Assembly (NCBI GenBank): GCA_002104905.1
Contig: MCFE01000503.1
Location: 1-64,000, forward strand
Direction: 5' to 3'
Origin: Basidiobolus meristosporus CBS 931.73
Lineage: Eukaryota; Fungi; Basidiobolomycota
DNA: 64,000 nt
This document shows positions 37,320-49,461 of the stretch, piece after piece. Below the pieces are notes generated by a model, which was given only the letters and a program-made list of their open reading frames with translations, searched no databases and was not told the origin of the DNA. How positions within the stretch are numbered: the stretch's first letter is position 1; every line of letters starts with the position of its first letter. A program made the position numbers and the translations under genes.

Positions 37320-39115
37320 GAATTTTGGTCAAGGATCATAGATCTTGCCATATCAATTATTAATCTGTTTACACTCCGACACTCCATTTTGCTTTGGTGA
37401 GTATGGTACAGTAGTCTCTAGCTTTATCCAAAGAATATTGCAAATGTAGATTAGTAGTATTAATGTATACTCTCCACCATTATTAGCACACATTTCTTGA
37501 TTGATTCACCAGTTTTGCTCTCTACCAGAGCTTTGAGCTTACTGAACTCAGACAGTACTTGTTCTTTACTTTCCATGTAGATTCACATGTTTCTTATATA
37601 ATTAATAATGCATGTGATTGTTATTTGGTTGATGAGATGGAATCTGAGGACATATCAACCACTAATGAAGATGTGGTAGTTAACCTCCCAAATAGCATGA
37701 CAGGCAAGTTTCTGGGCCTTGTATTAGACCTAAAGCTCAGAACCAAAGATTTGATCATAAATTATTTATTTGGAATGCTCCAGGATGAAGAGTCAAGAAA
37801 GTCAAGTGCTATCAAGAAGGAAAAAGAGAATACCCTCACAAGCAGGTGTAATCAACAAAGAAGGTACACAAGTCTCTTTGACAGCAGCAGCAGCTTTTTT
37901 TGCAACTACTATAAAAAGGATGGACTCACATCAGACCTTTGCTTCAAAAGGAGAGAATGTGAGCAGAAAACCTTGAATATGGAAATGCTGTACCAGCCAA
38001 AGTTAGATTATATTTGCACTAAATGTGACCACAAGTAAGGAATTTTAGACATGGTGTAGTGACTTTTGAGCATCTCAATACCCTATGCATCACAAAGAAC
38101 TTTTCAGCCAGTTTCACAAAATTCTAATGAAGATTTTTGTGGGTGACAATAAAACACTTGATGCAGTTAGAAAAGAATTAATCCAGGTAAGCACCAGGAG
38201 TAGCAAAGGAAGCTATACACCTACCTACAAAGTAGTGCCCTCAGTAACCTAAATTGACAAGAACCTAGTGTAGGTATGCAAGGCTACAGGAGAAGAACTC
38301 AGCTTTAGTTTTGACAATTCTGGATGCAGGATCATAGATCAAAATGGCACCTGTATTGCTTTGAGTATCAGAGCTCAGTGCTTATATAAGTTGACTTATA
38401 ATCCCACATATCTGGAAGATATTATAAGTAACTTAAAGTAGAAATACATATGCATTGGCACAAGAGATTTGGCAACTTCCACTTTGATTATTTGTGCAAA
38501 ATTATCAAAGATTAGCAAACTCCTGGCGTAAAACTGATCCCACAGCAAATTTGCTGCCCTATGAAGCTTGCAATGGGTCAATCACAACCATGAAGAATTA
38601 GATCCAATTCACTTACATATGTGTGGACCAATGCAAAATTTTTCCTTAGGTCAGAAATATAATTTGATCCCTTTGATTAATGTTAATACAAGTTGCAGCT
38701 GGGTTTACTTCATGCAGAGAAGATAAGAAGCTCTATCTAATCACAGGCAGTTTATAGCAATAGTGGAGAGAGAAGCTGGTCAATAAATTAAGAAAATATG
38801 CTCAGACAGTGGTGGAGAATATACCTCAAATCTCTTCATCCACTTTTGCAAAATTCTTTAAATAAAGCAAGAGACTACTGTCCACACTTCCTACAGCAAA
38901 TGGTACACCACAATGTGCAAACAGTGCAAAAAACATATGGCTAAATCCATGGTCAAAGATTATCCTGATTGTTGAGTAGAACCAGATGCTATAGCTATGC
39001 ATTTCTTAAATTGAATTATAGCAGAAGACATTGTGATTCTACTCCACTGAGGTGTAGAACAGATACAGACTAAGTACAGATTATTTAAGAATATCTGGGT
39101 GCACCATTGTGCATC
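37320..39115 (+). mobile_element. Old, heavily decayed copia-A-like copy (gag to IN, + strand, ~37620-39115), preceded by a - strand IN fragment (~37320-37615)
   Basis: YLVDEMESE...EESRKS...FFCNYYKKDG in ORF 37559-38038; DNA similarity to A gag/IN. Confidence 0.7.
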
Positions 39116-39237
39116 AACATTTAAAACTTGGCCAATTATACTTGGTAAGAAAGTCCTGTACCCTACCAGATTTTCCTGACCCAAACATAACTAATCCCAC
39201 TTATGGTTTATTTTATCTCTTCTCAGAATCTATTATT

Positions 39238-42200
39238 TGTGGTAAGATTTTGTAATTATACCTAAATATTCACCTAACTTTGACACTTAGCTCATTACCT
39301 TCAAATCCTGGGGAATACTAGCTAAGTTCCATGTTGGGATTTACTTAGAATACTTTCATCAAAATATCAGGTACCCAGAACATGAAAATTCTCAAGGTTA
39401 TCCAAACAGCCCCAAACTTTGCACACAAGCTCTTGGGCCCTTACGTAGCCTAATCTACATGTTTGTAATGCCCAGATCATGTAAAAGTATAAATTTTACT
39501 TTTACATTCAATAAATCAATTAAGTGAGAAGCACATAATCTACTTGTCCTTCCAAATGACTTCAAATATCTCCAAGACTCATACTGCAGGCTATAAGCCC
39601 CAAGCTGTCACTCTCAGCAATGTCTACTACTGCTATTACTGGAACTTTTCCCTCTGCTGCAAAGTTGGATGGGTCTAACTACCAAGTGTGGAAGGTGAAG
39701 ATTAAGATGCTGCTACAAGAAAGAGGCCTTTGGGATATTGTCATGGGAAGAGAATGCCCTCCTAGAAATGTGGGAGAGGAAGCCTCAAAGCACCAGAAGA
39801 ATGAGCAAAGTGCCTTTAACTGCATTTGCCTTAATGTAAGCAATAAATTGCTAAATCAATGCTCAAATGCAAAAATGGCAAACAATGCCTGGAGGGCATT
39901 GGCAGAGACCTACCAGTCATGTTCAGCTACTAAGAAAATGTATCTTAAACAAAAAAATTACTACAAAGGTGCTGCCAGGAGACAAATGAAAAATTCAAGT
40001 AACAAAATTACCCTGCTGGTGGATGAGATGGAATCTGTGGGCATGCCAACTATTTGTGAGGAAGTGGAAGTAACCATCCTGAGTAGTCTGACAGACAGGT
40101 TTCAGGGCCTTGTGTCAGACCTAGAGTCCAGAACTGAAGATGTGACCTTAAATACATATATGGAAGGTTCCTGGATGAAGAATTTAATGATCAAGCACCT
40201 ATAAGAAGGAACAAGAAAGTGCTTTAATAAGCAGTGATAACCAACAAAGGAGGTATCCAATACCTTACAAAGGCAACAGCAACCTGTTTTGCAACTACTG
40301 CAAAAGGAAAGCACACACATTAGACCGGTGCTTCAAAAAGAGTGATTGTCAGCAGAAATGCTTGAATATGATTTGCTGCAACAACTGAAGATAAACTATT
40401 CATACCTGCACTAAATATGACCACAAACAAGGATTCTCAGATATGGTATATTGATTCTGGAGCATCTCAACACTTCATGCACCAAAAAGAACTCTTTACC
40501 CAATACCCAGAGATTCCAATTATGAAGGTTTTCATGGGTGAAAGTAGAATACTTGATGCAGTGGGAGAGGGAACTATCCAAGTAAACCTTAGAAGCAGTG
40601 AAGGAAGCAATACACAGACCTTCAAAGAAGTACTCTATGTACCAGAAATAGCCAAGAACCTACTATCTGTAAGTAAAGCCATAGCAGAAGGACTCAGTTT
40701 CAGCTTTGACATTTCTGGATGCAAGATCACTAATCAAAATGGTACCCATATTGCTTTGGGTATCAAAGATCAGAATCTACACAAGTTGACTTATATTCCA
40801 TCATATCTGGAAGCCAATATATGCAACTTAAATGAAGAAACCCCAGTGCTTTGGCACCAGAGATTTGGGCACATCAATTTTGATTATTTGCACAAAATTA
40901 TCAAAGATCAGCTAATTTTGGGAGTAAAAGTGGATCCCCCAGCTGATATGGAGCACTTTGAAGCCTGCATATATGGGGTACAAGCCATACAACTGCTCAA
41001 GAGCTCTGGGTTAATCAGAACTATGACAAAATTAGATCTAATTCACTCAGAACTATGTGGACCTATGCAAAATTTATCCTTAGGTTGGATGAAGTATATA
41101 TTCACTTTTATTGATGATTATACTAGATACACATGGGTCTACTTCATGGCGAGAAAGAAAGAAGCTCTGCCTAAGCTCAGGGAGCTTAAAACCATCTTGG
41201 TGAGAGAAACTGGTGAAAAATCAAGAAAATATGCCTTGACACTGGTGGCAAATATACCTCTAAACTCTTCATCCACTTCTGCAAAATTCATGAGATAAAG
41301 CAAGAGACAACTATGCAATACTCCCCACAGCAAAACAGAGTAGCAGAACGTACAAACAGATTAATAATTGATATGGCAAGTTCCATGATCCATAGTCAAA
41401 AATTATCCTATGCTTTTTGAGCAAAATCAGTTGCCAGAGCTGTATACCTTAAAAACAGGAGTTATAACAGAATACTTTGTGATTATACTCCATTTGAAGC
41501 ATGGTATGAATACAGATTAAGTGCAGAATATCTAAGAATACTTGGGTGTACTGTTTATCCTAAGGAACTGCCTAGAAATCAGCAAATATTTGAGCCCATA
41601 AGTGTAAAATGCATATTGTTGGGCTACTGCAATGAGAATAAAGTATATAGACTACACAATACCAAAGCAAAGAAGCTAATCAAGTTCAGAGATGTTTGAT
41701 TGAAGAAAATTCAAAACTTTTACAAAAATGACATCAGATGATGACAAAAATCTGATCTCAAGTCCACCAACTGTTAGAATTGAATCAGAGCATAACAGTA
41801 AAAGTCTTTTCACTCCAGAGGACTCTACAACCATGGTTTAACCTGAATCAGTGTCCAAAAATATCCCAGAAGTGATCATTCCAGTATCAAATGCCTGGAG
41901 ATCCAGCTGGACAAGAAATGGCCCAATTTATTATATCAATGAGGGTACAAACTTAACCTATGCCTATTCAGTACATATTGATGAATCCCAGACTGTAAAA
42001 GAGGCCCTAAATAGCCCCCAGGCAAGGTTTTGGAGATCTGCAATGACTGAGGAACATCAGGCTCTGGTGGAAAATCAAACTTGGGGCTTAGTTAAATTAC
42101 CAATCAACTGAAAATCAATTGGATGCAGATGAGTCTTTAAAACCTAGTATATGGCTGATGGTATAAATGAAAGATACAAAGCAAGACTTGTGGCCAAAGG

Positions 42201-43971
42201 ATACTCTCAGATAAAAGGACTTTAATATACTGAGACCTTTGCACTGGTAGCCAAGTTTAACTACATTAGATTGATATTGGCTATTTCAGCCAAATATAAG
42301 ATTTTTATTCATCATATGGATGTAAGAACAGCAATTTTGAATGAAGAACTTGATGAGAATGTGTATATGGACCAACCTGATGTGTTTGTTGACCAACATA
42401 ACCCCCATTTGGTCTGTAGGTGTGAAAAACCTCTTTATAATCTCAGACTATCACCAAGAGCCTGGAACTGCAAGATAGATTCTTTTTGGAATCTTTGAGC
42501 TTCAAAAGGAGTAATGCTGACTCTGGTATATACTATAAGCCAGAGTGGGCAAATCCAGCTCAATTAGCTCTATATGTGGACAATGCTATTATAGCTACCA
42601 ATAACCTAGCAACATTGGAAGTGACTAAATCCAGCCTATCTAAGGTGTTCTAGATGTGTGATCTAGGAGAACTTGGTTACTACTTAGGGATTAAGTTCTC
42701 CATAGACAGAAGTGCCTAGACTATTACCCTAAGCCAATCCAAGTATATTCAAGATATACTAAAGAAGTACCAAATAGAAGACTGTAAACCAGCATCTACC
42801 TTAATGGAGACAAACCTTAACTTGGTGAAAACTCAACCAAATCAAGAGAGCTTGGTGCCATCTGAAAACCCTGACTTTCCTCATCAATCTATGGTTGACA
42901 GTCTGATGTATATTATGCTTGGAACACGTCCAAATATTGCATATTTGGTGGGAGTTGTCAGCCAACATAATCAGAACTATGGAGCCAATCATATTGCAGC
43001 AGTTGAGCAGATTTTTAGATAACTAAAAGAAACTGCTGATAACTGCTTAAGATACACTTATAAAGATTCAGAACAGGATCTTGTGGGATACTGTGATGCT
43101 GCTTGGGGACAAAATTTGGAAGTCAGAAGATCCACCACAGGATACACCTCATTTTACTGTAAAGGAGCAATTTTGTGGAATTCAAGAAAGCCACCACAGG
43201 ATACACCTCACTTTACTGTAAAGGAGCAATTTTGTGGAATTCAAGAGAGCAACCAACCATAGCACTTTCTACCACAGAGGCAAAGTGTATGGCAGCATTT
43301 GAAGCTACAAAAGAAGCAATGTGGCTAAGAAAGCTTTTTACAGAGTTAGGCCTATGTCAAAAACACCTATTGCGTTATTTCAAGATAATCAAGGACAAAT
43401 ACAATTAGGTAAAAATCCAACTTTACATGCTAGAACCAAGCACATAGATATTAGACATCATTTCATATGTGAAGCTATAGAGAAATACTCAGTTAGCTTA
43501 TGTTACTGTCCTTCAGATGAAATAATAGCAGACATATTTACAAAACCATTAGCTAAAGACAAGCTTGAATATCTTAGGTCAAAATTAGGACTAGTCAGTA
43601 TGAACATTTAGCTGAGTGGGAGTGTTGTAAAAATTTGTATTTCCACCTAAATATTCACTTAACTTAGTCACTTAGATCATTACCTTCAAATCCTAGAAAA
43701 TACTGACCAAATTCCTTGTCGGGATTTACTTAGAATATTTTCACCAAAATACCAGGTACCCAGGACATGAAAATTCTCAAAGTTGTCCAAACAGCCCCAA
43801 ACTTTGCACACATGTTCTTGGGACCTTCCTTAACCTATTCTACGTGTTTGGTATGCCAAGACCAGGTAAAAGTATAAATACTACTTTTACATTCAATAAA
43901 TCATTAAGTGAAAACCTCATAATCTACTTGTTCTCCCAATCACTTCCAATATCTCCAAGACTCTTACAACA
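39238..43971 (+). mobile_element. Full-length copia-A copy A3 (decayed, no TSD)
   Basis: 5' LTR 39238-39588 (diverged), degenerate PBS GGCTATAAGCCCC, gag-PR-IN-RT-RH remnants, PPT GAGTGGGAG, 3' LTR 43623-43971. Flanks TTATT/ATACT do not match. Confidence 0.9.
43132..43249 (+). repeat. 59-bp direct tandem duplication at the RT/RNase H junction of A3
   Basis: CCACCACAGGATACACCTCA...TTCAAGA(A/G)AG twice, with 2 mismatches. Confidence 0.9.
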
Positions 43972-45168
43972 ATACTGAATATAGGATATACTACAAGCCA
44001 TAAAATGCAAGTCTAGCTCTATTGACTCAATATGTGGATGATCTTAATATAGCCACTAATAACTAATATACCTGGAAGAGACTAAATCTGATCTGTCCAA
44101 GGAGTTCAAGATGTCTAATCTAGGAGAACTCAGTGACTACTTAGGAATAAAGCTTGCCATGGATAGAAGTACAAAGACTATCACTCTAAACAAGTCCAAG
44201 TATGCTCAAGATATACTTATGTAGTACTAAATGAAAGACAGATAACTGGCAGCTACCCCAATCAAGACAAATCTTGACTTGGTCAAAGCTGCTGATAGGT
44301 TCTTAAGGTACATCAGTGAGAACTCAGAGCTGGATCTTGTAGGATACTCTGATTCTGACTGGGGACAAAGTTTAGAAAACAGAAGATCCACCACAGAATA
44401 CACCCTTTTGTTACTGTAATTGAGCAATTTCATGAAATCAAGAAATCAACTAATTGTAGCACTTTCCACCACAGAGGCAGGGTATGTGCTAGCCTGTGAA
44501 GCTACAAATGAAGCAATATGCTTAAGATAGCTTCTCAAAGACTTAAGCTTGTGTCAAAAAGTGCTTATTATTTTATTTCAAGATAATCAAGGATTTGTAC
44601 AATTAGGCAGAATTCAGGCTTTTCATGCTAGAAGTAAGCACATGGCTCTCTGACATCATTTCATATGTGAAGCTATGGAGAGCAACTAAGTTACTTAGCT
44701 TACTGCCCAGCAGATGCAATGATTGCAGACATATTTACCAAACCATTAGCTAGAGACAAATATCAATATCTTAGGTCACAATTAGGACTAGTCAGTATGA
44801 TCATTTAGTTGGGTAGGAGTGTTGCAAAGATTTATAGTCCCACCTAAACACTCACCCAACTTAGTCACTTAGATCATTGCCTACAAATCCTAGTGAATAC
44901 TGACCAAATTTCATTTTGGGATTTGCTAGGAATATTTTCACCAAATCACCAGGTACCCAAAACATAAAAATTCTCAAGGTTGTTCAAACTGCCACAAACC
45001 TTTCACGCATGCTTTTAGGACCTTCCTAGACATGTTCTACATGCCTGTGATGCCAGGACTATGTAAAAATATGACTACTACTTTCACATTTAATATACCT
45101 TTAAGTGAAAACCCCATAATAAGCTTATTCTACCAATCACTTCTAGTATGTCAGAAATCCTTACAACA
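43972..45168 (+). mobile_element. Older copia-A 3' fragment (RT-RNase H, PPT, 3' LTR 44820-45168)
   Basis: Homologous to the A RT/RH region with deletions. LTR TGTTGCAA...TTACAACA, 349 bp. Confidence 0.8.
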
Positions 45169-48100
45169 TTTACCAGTATGTTGTTGTAAAAGTTTGTAAT
45201 TACACCTAGATATTCACCTAACTTAGTCACTCAGATCCTTACCCTCAAATCCTAGAGAATACTAACCAAACTCCTTGTTGGGATTTACTTGGAATATTTT
45301 CACAAAAATACCAGGTACCCAGAACATGAAAATTCTCAAAGTTGCCCAAACAGCCCCAAACTTAGCACACATGTTCTTGGGACCTTCCTTAGTCTATTCT
45401 GCATGTTTGTAATGTAAAGACTATGTAAAAGCATAAATACTACTTCTACATTCAATAAATCATTAAGTGAAAACCACATAATCTACTTGTCCTCCTAATC
45501 ACTACCAATATCTCCAAGACTCTTACAACAGGTTATGAGCCCCAAGCTGTCACTTTCTGGAATGTCTACTACTGCTATTACTGGAATTTTCCCTCTACTG
45601 AAAAGTTGGATGGATCTAACTACCAAGTGTGGAAGGTGATGATGAAGATGCTGCTACAAGAAAGAGGCCTTTGAGATATTGTCATGGGAAAAGAATGCCC
45701 TCCTAGAAATGTGGGAGAGGAAGCCTCAGAGTACCAGAAGAAAGAACAAAGAGCCTTTAACTGCATTTGCCATAATGTCAAAGGCAAATTGCTAATTCAA
45801 TGCTCAAGAGCAAAAATGGCAAAGAATCCCTGGAAGGCATTAGAAGACACCTACCAGTTATGTTCAGCTGCTAAGAAAATGTATCTGAGGCAAAAATTCT
45901 TTACTACAAAGATTCTGCCAGGAGAAGAAATGAAAAATCTAATCAACAGAATTAACCTGCTGGTAGATGAAATGGAATCTGTGGGTGTACTAACTACTGA
46001 TGAGGATGTGATGGTTACCATCCTGAATAGCCTGAAAGACAGGTTTCAGGGCCTTGTATCAGCCCTAGAGTCCAGAACTGAAGAATTGACCTTAAGTTGC
46101 ATATATGGAAGGCTCCTGGATGAAGAATTGAAAAAATCAAGTGCCAATAAGAAGGAAGAAGAAAATGCTTTAATAAGCAATGATAACCAACAAAGGAGGT
46201 ACCTAATACCTTACAAAGGCAACAGCAACCTGTTTTGCAACTACTGCAAAAGGAAAGGACACACATCAGACCAGTGTCTCAAAAAGAGTGATAATTAGCA
46301 AAAAAAGCCTGAATATGGAAATGCTGCAACAACTGATGATAGACTATTCAAATCTGCACTAAATATGACCACAATCAAGGACTCTTAGATATGGTATATT
46401 GACTGTGGAGCATCTCAACACTTTTCACATCAAAAAGAACTTTTTGCACAATATCAAGAAATTCCAATCAAGAAGGTTTTCATGGGTGACAATAGAGCAC
46501 TTGATGCAGTGGGAGAAGGAACTATCCAAGTAAACCTAAGAAGCAGTGAAGGAAGCCACACACAGACCTTCAAAGAAGTACTTTATGTACCAGAAATAGC
46601 CAAAACCCACTATCTGTAAGCAAGGCTACAACAGAAGGACTCAGTTTCAGCTTTGACAATTCTGGATGCAAGATCACTGATCAAAATGGTGCCCATATTG
46701 CTTTGGGTATTAGAGATCAGAATCTATACAAGTTGACTTATGTTCCATCATATCTGGAAGCCAATATAAGTAACTTGAATGAAGAAACACCAATGCTTTG
46801 GCATAGGAGATTTGGACACATCAATTTTGATTATTTGCGCAATATGATTAAAGATCAGCAAATATCTGGAGTGAAAGTTGATCCCCCAGCTAATTTGGAG
46901 CCCTGTGAAGCCTGCATATATGGGAAACAAGCCAGACAACTGTTCAAGAGCTCTGGGTTAATCAAAACTAAGAGAAAATTAGATCTAATTCACTCAGATC
47001 TGTGTGGACCTATGCAATAAGTATCCCTAGGTAGGATGAAGTATCTAATCACTTTTATTGATGATTAAACAAGATACACATTAGTCTACTTCATGGCAAG
47101 AAAGGGAGAAGCTCTGTCTAAGCTCAGGGAGTTTAAAGCCATGGTGGAGAGAGGAACTGGTGAGAAAATGAAAAAAATATGCTCTGACAATGGTGGAGAA
47201 TATACCTCAAAACTCTTCATCCACTTCTGCAAAATTCATGGGATAAAGCAAGAGACTACTGTACCACACTCCCCACAGAAAAATGGAGTAGCAGAACGTG
47301 CTAACAGATCAATAACTGATATGGCAAGTTCAATGATCCATGATCAAAAATCAACCTATGATTTTTGGGAAAAATCAGTTGCCACTGCTGTATATCTTAA
47401 AAATAGGAGTTATAGCAGAATACTATGTGATTTGACTTCATTCAGAGCATAGTATGGGTACAGACCAAGTGCAGAACATCTAAGAATATTTGGGTGTACA
47501 GCATATGCCAAGAAACTGCCCTGAAATCAGTCAAAATTTGAGCAAAATAGTGTAAAATGCATATTTTTGGGTTACTGCAATGAGAGTAAAGCAGACAGAC
47601 TCTACAATACCAAAACAAAGAAGCCAATCAAGTCTAGGGATGGGCTGTTTGATGAAGATTCAAAATTTTCACAAAAAATGACATCAGATGATGACAAAAA
47701 TATGATCTCAAGTCCACCAATAGTTGGGATTTAATCAGAGCAAAACAATGATGGGTTCTTCACTCCAGAGGACTCTACAACCATGGTTCAGCCAGAATCA
47801 GTGCCCAGGATTATCCCAGAAGTGATCACTCTGGTATCAAATGCCTGGAGATCAAATTGGACAAGAAATAGCCCAAATTACTATATCAATGAGGGTACAA
47901 CTTAGCCTATACCTATTCAGTCCATATTAATGAGCCCCAGACTGTAAAAGAGGCCCTAAATAGCCCTCAGCCAAAGTTATGGAGATCTGCAATCACTGAG
48001 GAACATCAGGCTCTGATGGAAAATCAAACTTGGGACTTAGTCAAATTACCAATCAGCCAAAAATCAATTGGATGCAGATGGGTCTTCAAGACAAAATACA

Positions 48101-49461
48101 AGTCTGATGGTACAATTGAAAGATACAAAGCAAGACCTGTAGCCAAAGGGTACTCTCAAACAAAAGGACTTGACTATACTGAGACCTTTGCACCGGTAGC
48201 CAAGTTTGATTCCATCATATTAATATTGGCAATTGCAGCTAAATATAAGTTTTTTACTCATCAAATGGATGTAAAAACTGCATTTTTGAATGAAGAACTT
48301 GATCAGGATGTGAATATGGACCAGCCTGATAGGCTGGCTGACTAAGATAACCCCCATATGGTCTGCAAGCTTAAAAAGTCACTATATGGTCTCCAACAAT
48401 CACTGAGAGCCTAGAGTTGCAAGATAGATTCTTATTTGGAATCTTTGAGTTTCAAAAGGAGTAATGCTGACTATAGTATATACTATAAGCCAGAGAGAGC
48501 AAGCCCAGCTATATTAGCTCTATATGTGGATGATCTTGTTATAGCCACCAATAACCTAGAAACATTGGAAGAGACTAGATCCAGCCTGTCTAAGGAGTTC
48601 AAGATGTCCAATCTAGGAGAACTCAGTTACTACTTAGGGATTAGGTTCTCCATAGACAGAAGTGCCCAGACTATTACCCTAAGCCAATCCAAGTATATTC
48701 AAGATATACTAAAGAAATACCAATTGGAAGACTGTAAACTGGAAGCTACCCCAATGGAAACAAACCTTTACTTGGTCAAAACTCAACCAAATCAAGAGAG
48801 ATTGGTGCTATCTGAAAGCCCTGACTTTCCTTATTACTCTATGGTCAGCAGTCTGATGTATATCAAGCTTAGGACATGTCCGGATATCTTATATTCAGTG
48901 GGAGTTGTTAGCCAATTTAATCAGAATGATGGATCTGATCATATTGCAGCAGTTAAGCGGATTTTTAGATACCTAAAGGGAACTGCTGATATCTGCTTAA
49001 GATACACTTATAAGGATTCAGTACAGCATCTTGTGGGATACTCTGATGCTGATTGGGGACAAAATTTAGAAGACAGAAGATCCACCACAGATACACCTTT
49101 CTTTACTGTTAAGGAGCAATTTCATGGAATTCAAGAAAGCAACTAACCATAGCACTTTCTACCATAGAGGCAGAGTATATGGCAGCCTTTGAAGCTACAA
49201 AAGCAGCAATATGCTTAAGAAAGCTTTTTACAGATTTAGGCCTATGTCAAAAAATGCCTGTTACTTTATTTCAACATAATCAAGGATGTATACAACTAGG
49301 TAGAAATCCAACTATTCATGCTAGAACTAAGCACATAGATATTAGACATCTTTACATACATGAAGCTATAGAGAATAACTTAGTTAGCTTAGTTTACTGT
49401 CCTACTGATGAAAAGATTGCAGACATATTTACCAAACCATTAGCTAGAGGCAAGTTTGAAT

